Shown here one piece after another: positions 1 to 7,856 of a DNA stretch of 64,000 nt. Under the pieces are notes generated by a model that had not been told where the DNA came from, ran no database searches, and saw nothing but the letters and a program-made list of their open reading frames with translations. Origin of the DNA: a virus (Duplodnaviria; Caudoviricetes); IMG/VR virus record IMGVR_UViG_3300005611_000002, positions 64,001 through 128,000 of that record; one strand, given 5' to 3'. Position 1 is the first letter of the stretch; each line of letters opens with the position of its first letter. The position numbers were made by a program, and so were the translations under genes.

Positions 1-1
1 T

Positions 2-148
2 TGGGCTTGCGATCCTGCTCGAGCACTGTTTGACTATAACAGTGTGATTGAGGACGCTAAAAAACGCTATGCTGCTGGCGAACCTGCTGACTTTGAACTT
101 AAACCAGAACCTGTATATGAAAATGATGACGAGGAGATTCCTTTCTAA
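2..148 (+). CDS. 3' end of a gene truncated by the window edge; ends in acidic DDEEIPF (SSB C-terminal tail-like)
   Basis: Own translation: open frame 2-148 WACDPARALF...ENDDEEIPF*; TAA overlaps ATG of next gene. Confidence 0.7.
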   Translation, partial: WACDPARALFDYNSVIEDAKKRYAAGEPADFELKPEPVYENDDEEIPF

Positions 149-606
149 TGAAACTATGGATTGATTGTGAATTTAACGAATTTGGGGGTGACCTCATTTC
201 AATGGCTCTTGTCGCAGAAGACGGGCAAGAGTTTTACGAAGTGTTGAATCTTGAGAATGATGAGAAATATGGTTCTTGGGTATACTTCAATGTTGTTCCG
301 TGGTTGAACAAAGACCCGATCACCAAGCAAGAGTTTCAGCAAAAACTCTGGATGTTCATTAATCAATGGGAAGAAGTCCATATTGTTGCTGACTGGCCTG
401 ACGACATTCGGTATTTCTGTGCAGCTCTCATTACAGGTCCTGGTCAAGCACTTAACACTCCGCTGAAACTGACTATGCAGATCGATCGCGAACTGAATAC
501 GCTCGACAGCAAAATTCTACACAATGCTCTTGAAGATGCTCGGAGTATCAAGCGTAGTTGGGAGCGGCGCGAAAAAGAAATGATTGGATATGGAGTAAAA
601 GAATGA
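148..606 (+). CDS. DEDDh 3'-5' exonuclease (Rv2179c/RNase AS-like)
   Basis: IDCEF, DW..D and HNALEDA motifs. Confidence 0.75.
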   Translation: MKLWIDCEFNEFGGDLISMALVAEDGQEFYEVLNLENDEKYGSWVYFNVVPWLNKDPITKQEFQQKLWMFINQWEEVHIVADWPDDIRYFCAALITGPGQALNTPLKLTMQIDRELNTLDSKILHNALEDARSIKRSWERREKEMIGYGVKE

Positions 607-722
607 AACACAACGGAAAAGATTTTTACTGTCCCAAAAGCGGAATGTGTATGTGTGCTGTTGCGGGTAAGAAGAAGCCAAGTAAAGAGTGCGTTGGAAT
701 TGCTAAAGGGAAAAAGAAATGA
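603..722 (+). CDS. 39-aa Cys/Lys-rich peptide, absent from ORF track
   Basis: MKHNGKDFYCPKSGMCMCAVAGKKKPSKECVGIAKGKKK*; ATGA overlaps at both ends and fills the gap exactly. Confidence 0.6.
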   Translation: MKHNGKDFYCPKSGMCMCAVAGKKKPSKECVGIAKGKKK

Positions 723-940
723 AACTGACTGTAACTGAAATTGCTGTTCATAAAGAAGGCGAGAGCCCGATCTTTGGTGACATTGTAACACACGTGAAAC
801 TTGACGACGAGGGTGGTGGCCCTTTCATTAAAATTGTTCAACACAATGACACAAAGATGGATGAAATCCGTCTTGACTTCAATGAAATTGAATATATTCT
901 CAAAGCAATCGAGATGCTGAAAGCAGGTGAACATGTTTGA
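719..940 (+). CDS. hypothetical protein
   Basis: ORF in tightly packed + strand operon. Confidence 0.65.
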   Translation: MKLTVTEIAVHKEGESPIFGDIVTHVKLDDEGGGPFIKIVQHNDTKMDEIRLDFNEIEYILKAIEMLKAGEHV

Positions 941-1310
941 TCCTGAAAATCTAAAAGTAGGTGATGTGTTCTACTCTGTAAAGGAACGCAATCAAGCATT
1001 TAACCGCAAAAAAATTCAAATGGAACTGGATGGAGTGGATTGGTTTCGATATGATCGCCCTCTTCGCACTTATGAAATTGTGACTCACAAAGTTCTTGGC
1101 ATTCTTCGTAAACAGCTTGAAGGTGATTGGACTTTTGGAGAGTCAGTAGAACTTGAAACTGGCTTTGTGGTTTGCAGTCAAGATGAAACTCACGTTCGAA
1201 CATCGGAGTTTTATTTTGATGAAAATAAAAAGTATTTTGTTGACATTGACGAAGCAATGGTATATAAAGAAACTATGGAACAAGAAGCAAAAGAACTGGA
1301 TAAAAAATGA
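933..1310 (+). CDS. hypothetical protein
   Basis: ORF; ATG at 933 preferred over track start 927. Confidence 0.65.
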   Translation: MFDPENLKVGDVFYSVKERNQAFNRKKIQMELDGVDWFRYDRPLRTYEIVTHKVLGILRKQLEGDWTFGESVELETGFVVCSQDETHVRTSEFYFDENKKYFVDIDEAMVYKETMEQEAKELDKK

Positions 1311-1648
1311 ATCCACAAGAACCAGCAGAAGGTATTCTAAAACAAGGTGACTTTGGGCCCGCAAAGTTTTACTATGTTCAATGTGATTGTGGTGATGATG
1401 ATTGTTCTCATACAATCGAAGTCGAAGCAGACGATTCGCACGTGCAAGTTCATCTCTACTCGAATCATCACACGAAGTGGTGGAATAGAAGTCGTTGGAA
1501 ACAGATCTGGCAGATCCTCACAAAAGGTTATGCCGAGATGCAGACCACGATAGTGCTGAATGAACAAACTGCTCTCAACTACTCGAACGCGCTTCAAACT
1601 GCTATGACTGACGTAAAAAAGTTCCGAGATGAAAGGACTAAGAAATGA
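1307..1648 (+). CDS. hypothetical protein (CDC..C.H motif)
   Basis: ORF with ATGA overlaps. Confidence 0.65.
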   Translation: MNPQEPAEGILKQGDFGPAKFYYVQCDCGDDDCSHTIEVEADDSHVQVHLYSNHHTKWWNRSRWKQIWQILTKGYAEMQTTIVLNEQTALNYSNALQTAMTDVKKFRDERTKK

Positions 1649-1875
1649 CTGACGAAATCAAACAAGACCTCGAAAAGATTCTGAAGAAACTAGACAAGAT
1701 CGAAAACATTATCAATCGACCATATGAACCGTATGAATATCCTGGTGACGACACACCTCAACCATACTACTATTCAAAAATGACCACCTGTTCTAAATGC
1801 GGTATGACTTTTGAAGGTATGACGAGTTACTACTGCCCACAAAACGACTGTTCAACTTTTATGAAAGCAACCTAA
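1645..1875 (+). CDS. small protein with C-terminal Zn-ribbon-like Cys pairs
   Basis: CSKC...CPQNDC. Confidence 0.6.
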   Translation: MTDEIKQDLEKILKKLDKIENIINRPYEPYEYPGDDTPQPYYYSKMTTCSKCGMTFEGMTSYYCPQNDCSTFMKAT

Positions 1876-2556
1876 ATGCGCGTTTACATCGGACCCTACA
1901 TCTCTCGCTGGACAAGCTACTTAGATGAAAAGTGGCTAGAATTGCGATATAAAGACAACCACTGGAACATTGATGAAGATCAATATGATCGTTGGGATCG
2001 TCTTGCGGTAAAGCTGAGTGATTCCGTGCAGTGGATCTATAATCATACAATCAATCTTTATCTTGATGAAAAAGTACGTAAGATTGATGTTCGAATTGAT
2101 CGGCATGACATGTTTAGTGCTGATGATACACTAGCACACATCATTCTTCCCATACTGAAGAAGTTGAAAGAAAACAAGAACGGTTCTCCGTTTGTAGATG
2201 ATGAAGACGTCCCAGAAGAACTTCGTAGCACAAGTGCTGCCAAGCTTACGGATGAACAGATCAACACCGGTCACGTAGATGAGTTTCACCACGATCGCTG
2301 GCAGTGGGTACTTGATGAAATGATCTGGGCTTTTGAACAAAAAGTTCGTAATTGGTGGGAAGAAGACTACATTATCGAACATCCAGAAATTGACTTTGAA
2401 AACAAAGAAAAAGTTGAGCACGAAGGTGAAACATTCTATGAACTCAAGTGGAGAAAGAAGGGTGTCTATGATGATGAAGGTCGTAAAGCTCATCAAAAAC
2501 GTATGTCGAATGGATTCCGACTCTTTGGAAAGTACTACGAAAGTCTTTGGACCTAA
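1876..2556 (+). CDS. hypothetical protein
   Basis: 226-aa ORF, Trp-rich, ends LFGKYYESLWT. Confidence 0.75.
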   Translation: MRVYIGPYISRWTSYLDEKWLELRYKDNHWNIDEDQYDRWDRLAVKLSDSVQWIYNHTINLYLDEKVRKIDVRIDRHDMFSADDTLAHIILPILKKLKENKNGSPFVDDEDVPEELRSTSAAKLTDEQINTGHVDEFHHDRWQWVLDEMIWAFEQKVRNWWEEDYIIEHPEIDFENKEKVEHEGETFYELKWRKKGVYDDEGRKAHQKRMSNGFRLFGKYYESLWT

Positions 2557-2559
2557 TAG

Positions 2560-2612
2560 TTGACAAATTCCAAGAATCGGTATACTATCATAATAGGTAA
2601 ACCGAAAGGAAC
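2560..2612 (+). promoter_or_regulatory. early sigma70-type promoter cassette with GAATC in spacer
   Basis: TTGACA(2560)-N17-TACTAT; GAATC 2574-2578; followed by CATAATAGGTAAACCGAAAGGAAC. Confidence 0.85.
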
Positions 2613-2616
2613 GCTT

Positions 2617-2790
2617 ATGGATATTTTGATTGACATTGACGGTCTCACTGTTCGTGAACTCCGCAAATTTCTCGACTCGTACAATGAAGATGATGTTCTC
2701 GAAGTACGTCAAGAAACTTATCGTTCTTTTGGTACTGGATCTAGTTATGAGCAAACGGAACTTTATATTCATGAAAAGAAAGAAAAGTAA
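2617..2790 (+). CDS. hypothetical protein
   Basis: ATG 2617 after GAAAGGA SD; track start lies inside the promoter. Confidence 0.7.
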   Translation: MDILIDIDGLTVRELRKFLDSYNEDDVLEVRQETYRSFGTGSSYEQTELYIHEKKEK

Positions 2791-3359
2791 TGTCTGAACC
2801 TATCTGTACTGTAATGGTTGGCTTGCCTGGACTGGGCAAGTCTACTCTGTTGAACTTTGTTGATAATCCAGAGTTCGGTGATACTGTGTTTGTTTACAGC
2901 ACTGATAACTATATTGAGCAACAGGCAAAGGCGCTCGGTAAAACCTATGATGAAGTGTTCAAAGACTATATCGACAAGGCTACTTTTCGGATGAATGCTA
3001 TTCTTGACATTGCTATCAAAGATGGGGTTGACGTGTACTGGGACCAGACTAACTTGGGCGTGAAAAAGCGGGCCAAGATCATCAATCGTATGCGGCAAGC
3101 TGGTTATGCTGTTCATTGTATCTGTATTGTTCCTCCTGAAGCAGGTTGGATTGATGCTCATACAGAGTGGAAACATCGTTTGGCTAATCGCCCAGGTAAG
3201 ACTATTCCCGACAATATCATGAAGAGCATGATTGATAATTATGTTGAACCTGAACTAGAAGAAGGGTTTGATACTGTAACATACTATAACATGTATGGGG
3301 TGATGATTACTATAGATACGGAGAAAAAGAACGAAACCTTATATACACGCAAAAAATAG
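2790..3359 (+). CDS. P-loop kinase (AAA_33 / polynucleotide kinase-like)
   Basis: MVGLPGLGKST, STD, WDQTN, R...R motifs. Confidence 0.8.
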   Translation: MSEPICTVMVGLPGLGKSTLLNFVDNPEFGDTVFVYSTDNYIEQQAKALGKTYDEVFKDYIDKATFRMNAILDIAIKDGVDVYWDQTNLGVKKRAKIINRMRQAGYAVHCICIVPPEAGWIDAHTEWKHRLANRPGKTIPDNIMKSMIDNYVEPELEEGFDTVTYYNMYGVMITIDTEKKNETLYTRKK

Positions 3360-3550
3360 TGTGAAACGGTATGGAGGTATTATCGAAGATTATCTACCTA
3401 TCCACGACTGGTTTGACTCAACCAAAGCTGTCTCTTGACCCTGTTCAAAATCGTGCACTGATTGAGTATCAAGAAAACGATGAAGAGGTTGTAATTGAAA
3501 CGTCGCCGCCTCGAACAGAGGAACTTCAAGGTTTTGAGTCTCTGAAATAA
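3331..3550 (+). pseudogene. deletion scar: 5' fragment of a DUF6915-like gene (start ACG) fused out of frame to the 3' end of another gene
   Basis: 3331-3438 (T)KPYIHAKNSVKRYGGIIEDYLPIHDWFDSTKAVS* after a GGAG SD; second frame LDPVQNRALIEYQE...FESLK* ends 3550. Confidence 0.55.
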
Positions 3551-3574
3551 AAGTGAGCTTCGGCTCACTTTTTT
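3549..3574 (+). terminator. Rho-independent terminator (UUCG loop)
   Basis: AAAAGTGAGC-TTCG-GCTCACTTTTTT. Confidence 0.9.
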
Positions 3575-3575
3575 G

Positions 3576-3630
3576 TTTACATTTGTTCCGAATCAGTATA
3601 ATATCATAATAGGTAAAACGAAAGGAACCT
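3576..3630 (+). promoter_or_regulatory. early promoter cassette with GAATC in spacer
   Basis: TTTACA-N17-TAATAT; GAATC 3590-3594; CATAATAGGTAAAACGAAAGGAACC. Confidence 0.85.
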
Positions 3631-3633
3631 CTT

Positions 3634-3909
3634 ATGCTGACTGTAGATCAAACTGTTCGTTCTTACTCTGGCCGTCCTGGCTGCATGTGCGGATGCAAGG
3701 GCACCTACAATGAAGGTGAACGTGCTCGCAAGATGGCCGTTACAGCTCTGCTGAAAAATCCTGAAGTTCGGCTGCAGACTTGGAACCAAGGCCGCGGCGA
3801 TGATGCAGGCTGTCTGTTTGTTGACACCTCTACTCGTACTCGAGTTCTGTATCTGACTGCAGAAGGTGTTGAAGCTGCTCGTGCAATGGGCGTAGAAGAA
3901 ACAAAATGA
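3634..3909 (+). CDS. hypothetical protein (GCMCGC motif)
   Basis: ORF directly after promoter/SD cassette. Confidence 0.75.
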   Translation: MLTVDQTVRSYSGRPGCMCGCKGTYNEGERARKMAVTALLKNPEVRLQTWNQGRGDDAGCLFVDTSTRTRVLYLTAEGVEAARAMGVEETK

Positions 3910-4427
3910 CTGTTCTGCAAAACCTTCGTTCTCGTTACTTCGATATGAATCTTCATACTGCTTGGGTAGATGAGGACGAAGGTGTTGCGACTTTTCCTCT
4001 GTGGAACCTCTCTGGTCAACTTGTTGGATACCAGCAGTATAGACCATCGGCTACTAAGAAGAAGGACAACAATCCAAAGATGAGCCGATACTTTACGTAT
4101 CGTAAGAACAAAGTGGTCGGTGTTTGGGGTCTTGAATCTTGGAACCTGTCGAATACACTATTTGTAACTGAAGGAACGTTCGATGCTTGCAGACTTACTT
4201 ATCTTGGGTATAGTGCTGTCGCTACCCTTTCTAACGATGTTGATGATAGCCTTAAGCGTTGGTTATGGACTGTTAGGAAGAGTCGTTTGGTTATCAGTGT
4301 TTGCGATAACGATGCTGCTGGGAAGCGCCTTGCTAAACATGGCCATCTTTCGCATGTAGTTGAGAGTGGCGACCTTGGTGATGCTACCGACGAATATGTG
4401 GCTAAACTTGTGAAAGAATACAGTTGA
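3906..4427 (+). CDS. small stand-alone Toprim / primase-like protein
   Basis: FVTEGTFDA and CDNDAAG Toprim motifs; no Zn-binding domain. Confidence 0.75.
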   Translation: MTVLQNLRSRYFDMNLHTAWVDEDEGVATFPLWNLSGQLVGYQQYRPSATKKKDNNPKMSRYFTYRKNKVVGVWGLESWNLSNTLFVTEGTFDACRLTYLGYSAVATLSNDVDDSLKRWLWTVRKSRLVISVCDNDAAGKRLAKHGHLSHVVESGDLGDATDEYVAKLVKEYS

Positions 4428-4457
4428 CATTTGTTATGAAATGGTTTATACTGATTC
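4424..4457 (+). promoter_or_regulatory. early promoter (second spacer class), GATTC just after -10
   Basis: TTGACA-tttgttatgaaatggtt-TATACT-GATTC. Confidence 0.8.
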
Positions 4458-4480
4458 TATAAGGAATGAAAGGATCTACA

Positions 4481-4666
4481 ATGACTGTTTTTGAACTCGT
4501 TGGAACTTCTGCTTGTATTGATTGGGCATCGCGCGCGGAACCTAATCGTATTGGTCTCTATTCCAATCGCGAAAAAGCTGAAGCAAAAATCAAAGAGATC
4601 AAAAAAGATAAACACTGGAAGATGGATTGGTCAAGTTTTAACATTTATGAGGTAGAAGTGAAATGA
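4481..4666 (+). CDS. hypothetical protein
   Basis: ATG 4481 after GAAAGGA. Confidence 0.65.
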   Translation: MTVFELVGTSACIDWASRAEPNRIGLYSNREKAEAKIKEIKKDKHWKMDWSSFNIYEVEVK

Positions 4667-5253
4667 ACTACACTTTCCCTGAAATCCGCACTATTGAAGA
4701 TGTGCTTCCGCATATCGAAGGTCGTGAAGAATTCATCGTAGCAGAGCGTGAAGGATATACCGTCGTAAATTACGTTGTGGCGATGGCTGACACCTTTGAT
4801 ATGACTGGCCCTGATGATCTTGGCGGTGCTATTCGCCGTGAGTGCAGAGGTTTGATCTTCGACCGTGACGGAAACATCATGAGTCGTCCGTTTCATAAGT
4901 TCTTCAATGTGAACGAGCGTGATGAAACTCAGTCTCATGTGATCGATATGTTGCAGCCGCATGTAATCATGGAAAAGATGGATGGATCTATGATTCGCCC
5001 TATCTTGGTTGACGGTTACTTGCGGCTTGCTACGAAAATGGGTGTGACTAACGTTGCTATGGATGCAGAGGCTTTTATGGCAAAGAATACCAAGTATAAG
5101 GATTTCTGCATATGGTGTTTGGATGAGGGGTTAACACCTATTTTTGAATGGACTAGTCCATTCAATCAAATCGTTCTTCCATATGAGAACGATATGTTAA
5201 CCCTTCTTGCTGTTAGGGAAAATATAACTGGTCGCTATCTCAGCATCAAATAA
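4663..5253 (+). CDS. rnlA: RNA ligase 1, N-terminal half (motifs I, Ia, III, IIIa)
   Basis: RECRGLIF, RPFHKFFN, EKMDGS, LATK, IFEW, LLAVR; ends before motifs IV/V. Confidence 0.85.
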   Translation: MNYTFPEIRTIEDVLPHIEGREEFIVAEREGYTVVNYVVAMADTFDMTGPDDLGGAIRRECRGLIFDRDGNIMSRPFHKFFNVNERDETQSHVIDMLQPHVIMEKMDGSMIRPILVDGYLRLATKMGVTNVAMDAEAFMAKNTKYKDFCIWCLDEGLTPIFEWTSPFNQIVLPYENDMLTLLAVRENITGRYLSIK

Positions 5254-5911
5254 TATCATATTTTTCTAGGACAGACTTCTCAAAGGTCTGTCCATTTTTC
5301 ATTTGGTTTATTATTCTAGTTCTAGTTCTTTTATATACCACATCAGGTGACTTCAAATAAGACACATCAGTATTATAGTTTCCATTTGCTTTTCTAGTTT
5401 CAACTCGTTTTTTGATAGATTCTTTAGTGTTTGCTGCGGACATATCGTTGTTGTATGTGCCCAATTTTTTACGAGTTTCTACTCTCTTTTGTATTTCTTC
5501 CTCTGTCCACCCACCTTTAGCTTTTCTAACATTCCAACTCTGTTTACCATTTTCTGTACATTTATCAATGTTATTGTTTAGATATGTTGAAATCTTGTTT
5601 TTCGTTTCTTCTGTGTGTGGTATACCTTCTCTACTTGGTGGAGCATTTCCGCCTAGTGTTAAATTATAACATCTCGGATCATTTACAAGATCATTTGTAA
5701 CAATCTCTGCTTCTTTTTCAAGTGCAGATTCTCTAGTATCAAAAAACTCTAGTATTTCTTTTGTAAACGTTTCTTTGCCATACTTTTTTATGGACTCTGT
5801 AATCGCTATGCCAGAACCCATATATCCATCAGACAAATCTGATGTGCTGTGAACACCTATATAAAATTTCAAATTGCTGTTGTTAGTGACTTTGTATAAA
5901 TAGTGATACAT
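5246..5911 (-). CDS. free-standing GIY-YIG (Seg-like) homing endonuclease with NUMOD-type repeats
   Basis: YLYKVTN..N.KFYIGVH, YMGSG, CYNL..GG, HTEETKNKIS; AT-rich; antisense to flanking genes. Confidence 0.85.
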   Translation of the reverse strand: MYHYLYKVTNNSNLKFYIGVHSTSDLSDGYMGSGIAITESIKKYGKETFTKEILEFFDTRESALEKEAEIVTNDLVNDPRCYNLTLGGNAPPSREGIPHTEETKNKISTYLNNNIDKCTENGKQSWNVRKAKGGWTEEEIQKRVETRKKLGTYNNDMSAANTKESIKKRVETRKANGNYNTDVSYLKSPDVVYKRTRTRIINQMKNGQTFEKSVLEKYDII

Positions 5912-5990
5912 GCTGGAACTTCCTTTCTTGTTCTAGAGTAGTTGGGGAGACTCTCACATATCCCGCGAACTACATTACTATTTATACAAG
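5891..5990. ncRNA. conserved structured endonuclease-leader element, copy 1
   Basis: TATAAATA(5895)...GCTGGAAC..GTTCTAGAGTAGTTGGGGA..TCCCGCGAACTACATT..TATTTATA(5979); covaries with copies 2 and 3. Confidence 0.75.
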
Positions 5991-5997
5991 ATAGTAG

Positions 5998-6026
5998 TTG
6001 ACATTCCACAAAAACCAATATAATAT
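5998..6026 (+). promoter_or_regulatory. sigma70-type promoter for the RNA ligase C-terminal half
   Basis: TTGACA-N17-TAATAT, then AAGGAG SD and ATG 6053. Confidence 0.8.
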
Positions 6027-6052
6027 GAACTTAGATGATAAGGAGTGATTCT

Positions 6053-6613
6053 ATGCTACTGAAAAAGATTTGTGAGTTTGATATCCCTACCGTGGATACC
6101 ATATTGCCATTTACTAAGATTGAATCTCTTTTAGAATTTACACGTGACCTTGAAAACGTTGAAGGCTTCGTCGTTGCTTTCGAAGATGGTCACAGAATAA
6201 AAATCAAAGCAGATCAATATGTTCGTATTCACAAGACTATTGACCGTATCACGTTTGATCGTAACATCGTTGACCTAATCATCAACGAAGAAGTTGACGA
6301 TATTATTCCGATGCTGCCGACTGTTCAAGTAGACCGCATTCGTGACTTCGAAACTCGTTTCTGGGAAGCGTTTGTAGCAACTGAGGACCGTCTTGCTGTA
6401 TATCAAACCGGTTGCGCACTGGTCTACAAGAATGACCGCAAGCGTGTTGCTTTGGAATTCATTCCGACTCTGGAGCACAAAGCAGATGCTTCGTTCATCT
6501 TTCGTATGTTGGACGGTCACGAAGTTCGTGATTTGATGATAGATCACATTCGTAAAAACATTAGTTCCAATACTCGTTGGGATGCTTGTGCAAAGTGGAT
6601 GGGAATGTGTTGA
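6053..6613 (+). CDS. rnlA: RNA ligase 1, C-terminal half (motifs IV, V and helical domain)
   Basis: EGFVV..F.DG.RIKIK...Y..IH, then IINEEVDD; own promoter and SD. Confidence 0.8.
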   Translation: MLLKKICEFDIPTVDTILPFTKIESLLEFTRDLENVEGFVVAFEDGHRIKIKADQYVRIHKTIDRITFDRNIVDLIINEEVDDIIPMLPTVQVDRIRDFETRFWEAFVATEDRLAVYQTGCALVYKNDRKRVALEFIPTLEHKADASFIFRMLDGHEVRDLMIDHIRKNISSNTRWDACAKWMGMC

Positions 6614-6638
6614 CATTCTCTCCCACCTAGTATATAAT
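6610..6638 (+). promoter_or_regulatory. sigma70-type promoter
   Basis: TTGACA-N17-TATAAT. Confidence 0.8.
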
Positions 6639-6661
6639 GATCCTATAAAGGAGAATCAGAT

Positions 6662-7084
6662 ATGAATATACATCACAGACCACTCTTTGATACTAAAAGA
6701 GTGGAAGAATTCTACTCTGAAAAAGACGGAGTTCCTGTAACTTACGTTTGTACTAGTGCTCTTGGTTCAGAAGCTCAAGCGATGGATATCTTCTATCGTG
6801 AGACACCACACTCGGAGTTTGGTAATCGCTACTTCGGTTTATATAATACAAATGATTATGGCGTCATGATTACAAATGCAGATAAGATCGAAGAACTTGA
6901 GTTTGGTATGAAAGAGTATAATGGAGAATGGCACTACAGTCAACATCGTCATGACTTCTATACCATCGGTGATACATCACTGGACGGTGGTCGTGCTTAT
7001 TTCCGTTGTGTTGGTAATGTAAATTCGCCAACTAAGTTTTTGAAAATAAAAGATGGAGAGTTTATGGAGTGCGAAAATGAGTGA
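6662..7084 (+). CDS. hypothetical protein
   Basis: ORF with AAGGAG SD; YSQHRHDF...LDGGR.Y. Confidence 0.75.
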   Translation: MNIHHRPLFDTKRVEEFYSEKDGVPVTYVCTSALGSEAQAMDIFYRETPHSEFGNRYFGLYNTNDYGVMITNADKIEELEFGMKEYNGEWHYSQHRHDFYTIGDTSLDGGRAYFRCVGNVNSPTKFLKIKDGEFMECENE

Positions 7085-7247
7085 CGATTGTGTGCAGCAT
7101 TATGAACTAGAATGGGTTCAAGAACAGATTTGGGATTTAGAAGAAAAGATCCGGCAACTCCAAGATGGCAATACTCTCTTGAGAAAGGATATAAATGCCA
7201 TTAAGAACGAAGTAAAAGATGGAGAATTTGTAGATGCCCCTACCTGA
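7077..7247 (+). CDS. small coiled-coil hypothetical protein
   Basis: overlapping ORF, ATG 7077. Confidence 0.55.
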   Translation: MSDDCVQHYELEWVQEQIWDLEEKIRQLQDGNTLLRKDINAIKNEVKDGEFVDAPT

Positions 7248-7434
7248 AGGAAGAAAACCACTGGGTAAAGAGTGGTTTGTAGAGAATTCTCAAAACTTTT
7301 CTTGTGTAAAGCGCGTCGAAGTGATTGATAACGATGGTCGTATCTACACAAAGTACGACGTAAAATCTGTGCGGTATCAGCTACAAGATGATGGGCGAAC
7401 GCTCAAACTATTTGTGGAGTATGAAAATGAGTAA
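7234..7434 (+). CDS. hypothetical protein
   Basis: ORF; RVEVID..GR.Y...LQDDGRTLK.F. Confidence 0.65.
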   Translation: MPLPEGRKPLGKEWFVENSQNFSCVKRVEVIDNDGRIYTKYDVKSVRYQLQDDGRTLKLFVEYENE

Positions 7435-7603
7435 AGCATTTTGGGAAGGATTTTGGTATGGTTGGAGAATAACGATTCCTTACGCCTTAGCATTCTTTTT
7501 AGGCGGAGTTTTTGTCTATCTTATACATCCTTATGAGCTATGTGATCGTAAGTATGAAGACCCAAGCGATATCATGGAATGCGTCTGGATTCTCGAAAAC
7601 TGA
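7427..7603 (+). CDS. small membrane protein
   Basis: hydrophobic segment IPYALAFFLGGVFVYLI. Confidence 0.6.
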   Translation: MSKAFWEGFWYGWRITIPYALAFFLGGVFVYLIHPYELCDRKYEDPSDIMECVWILEN

Positions 7604-7612
7604 AAATAGTTG

Positions 7613-7641
7613 TTTACAAACACTCCGAATCAGTATATACT
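7613..7641 (+). promoter_or_regulatory. early promoter with GAATC in spacer
   Basis: TTTACA-N17-TATACT; GAATC 7627-7631. Confidence 0.85.
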
Positions 7642-7663
7642 AATAATATAAAGGAGGAACAAC

Positions 7664-7855
7664 ATGGCAAAAATTCATCACTTCAACCACCCAGTAGACC
7701 TTTCGAAAGAATCGATTGGCAACTATTACATGAACCTCTACGATGCTAAGACTGGAGAGTTCGTTGAAGGTCGCCACTACGAGATGTATAGTGGAAATGC
7801 AATGATGGACGAAGCTAAAGAACTTCGCCAACTTGGATATAAAACGGAGTGGTAA
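7664..7855 (+). CDS. hypothetical protein
   Basis: AAGGAGG SD. Confidence 0.7.
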   Translation: MAKIHHFNHPVDLSKESIGNYYMNLYDAKTGEFVEGRHYEMYSGNAMMDEAKELRQLGYKTEW

Positions 7856-7856
7856 G

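Noticed and set aside
2131-2772. 213-aa - strand ORF and similar antisense ORFs in the early region
   Set aside because: Shadow frames of well-supported + strand genes, with no SD or motifs.
5246-6052. Group I intron or intein in the RNA ligase
   Set aside because: The insert ORF is antisense, I see no recognisable intron core, and the downstream half has its own promoter, SD and start.
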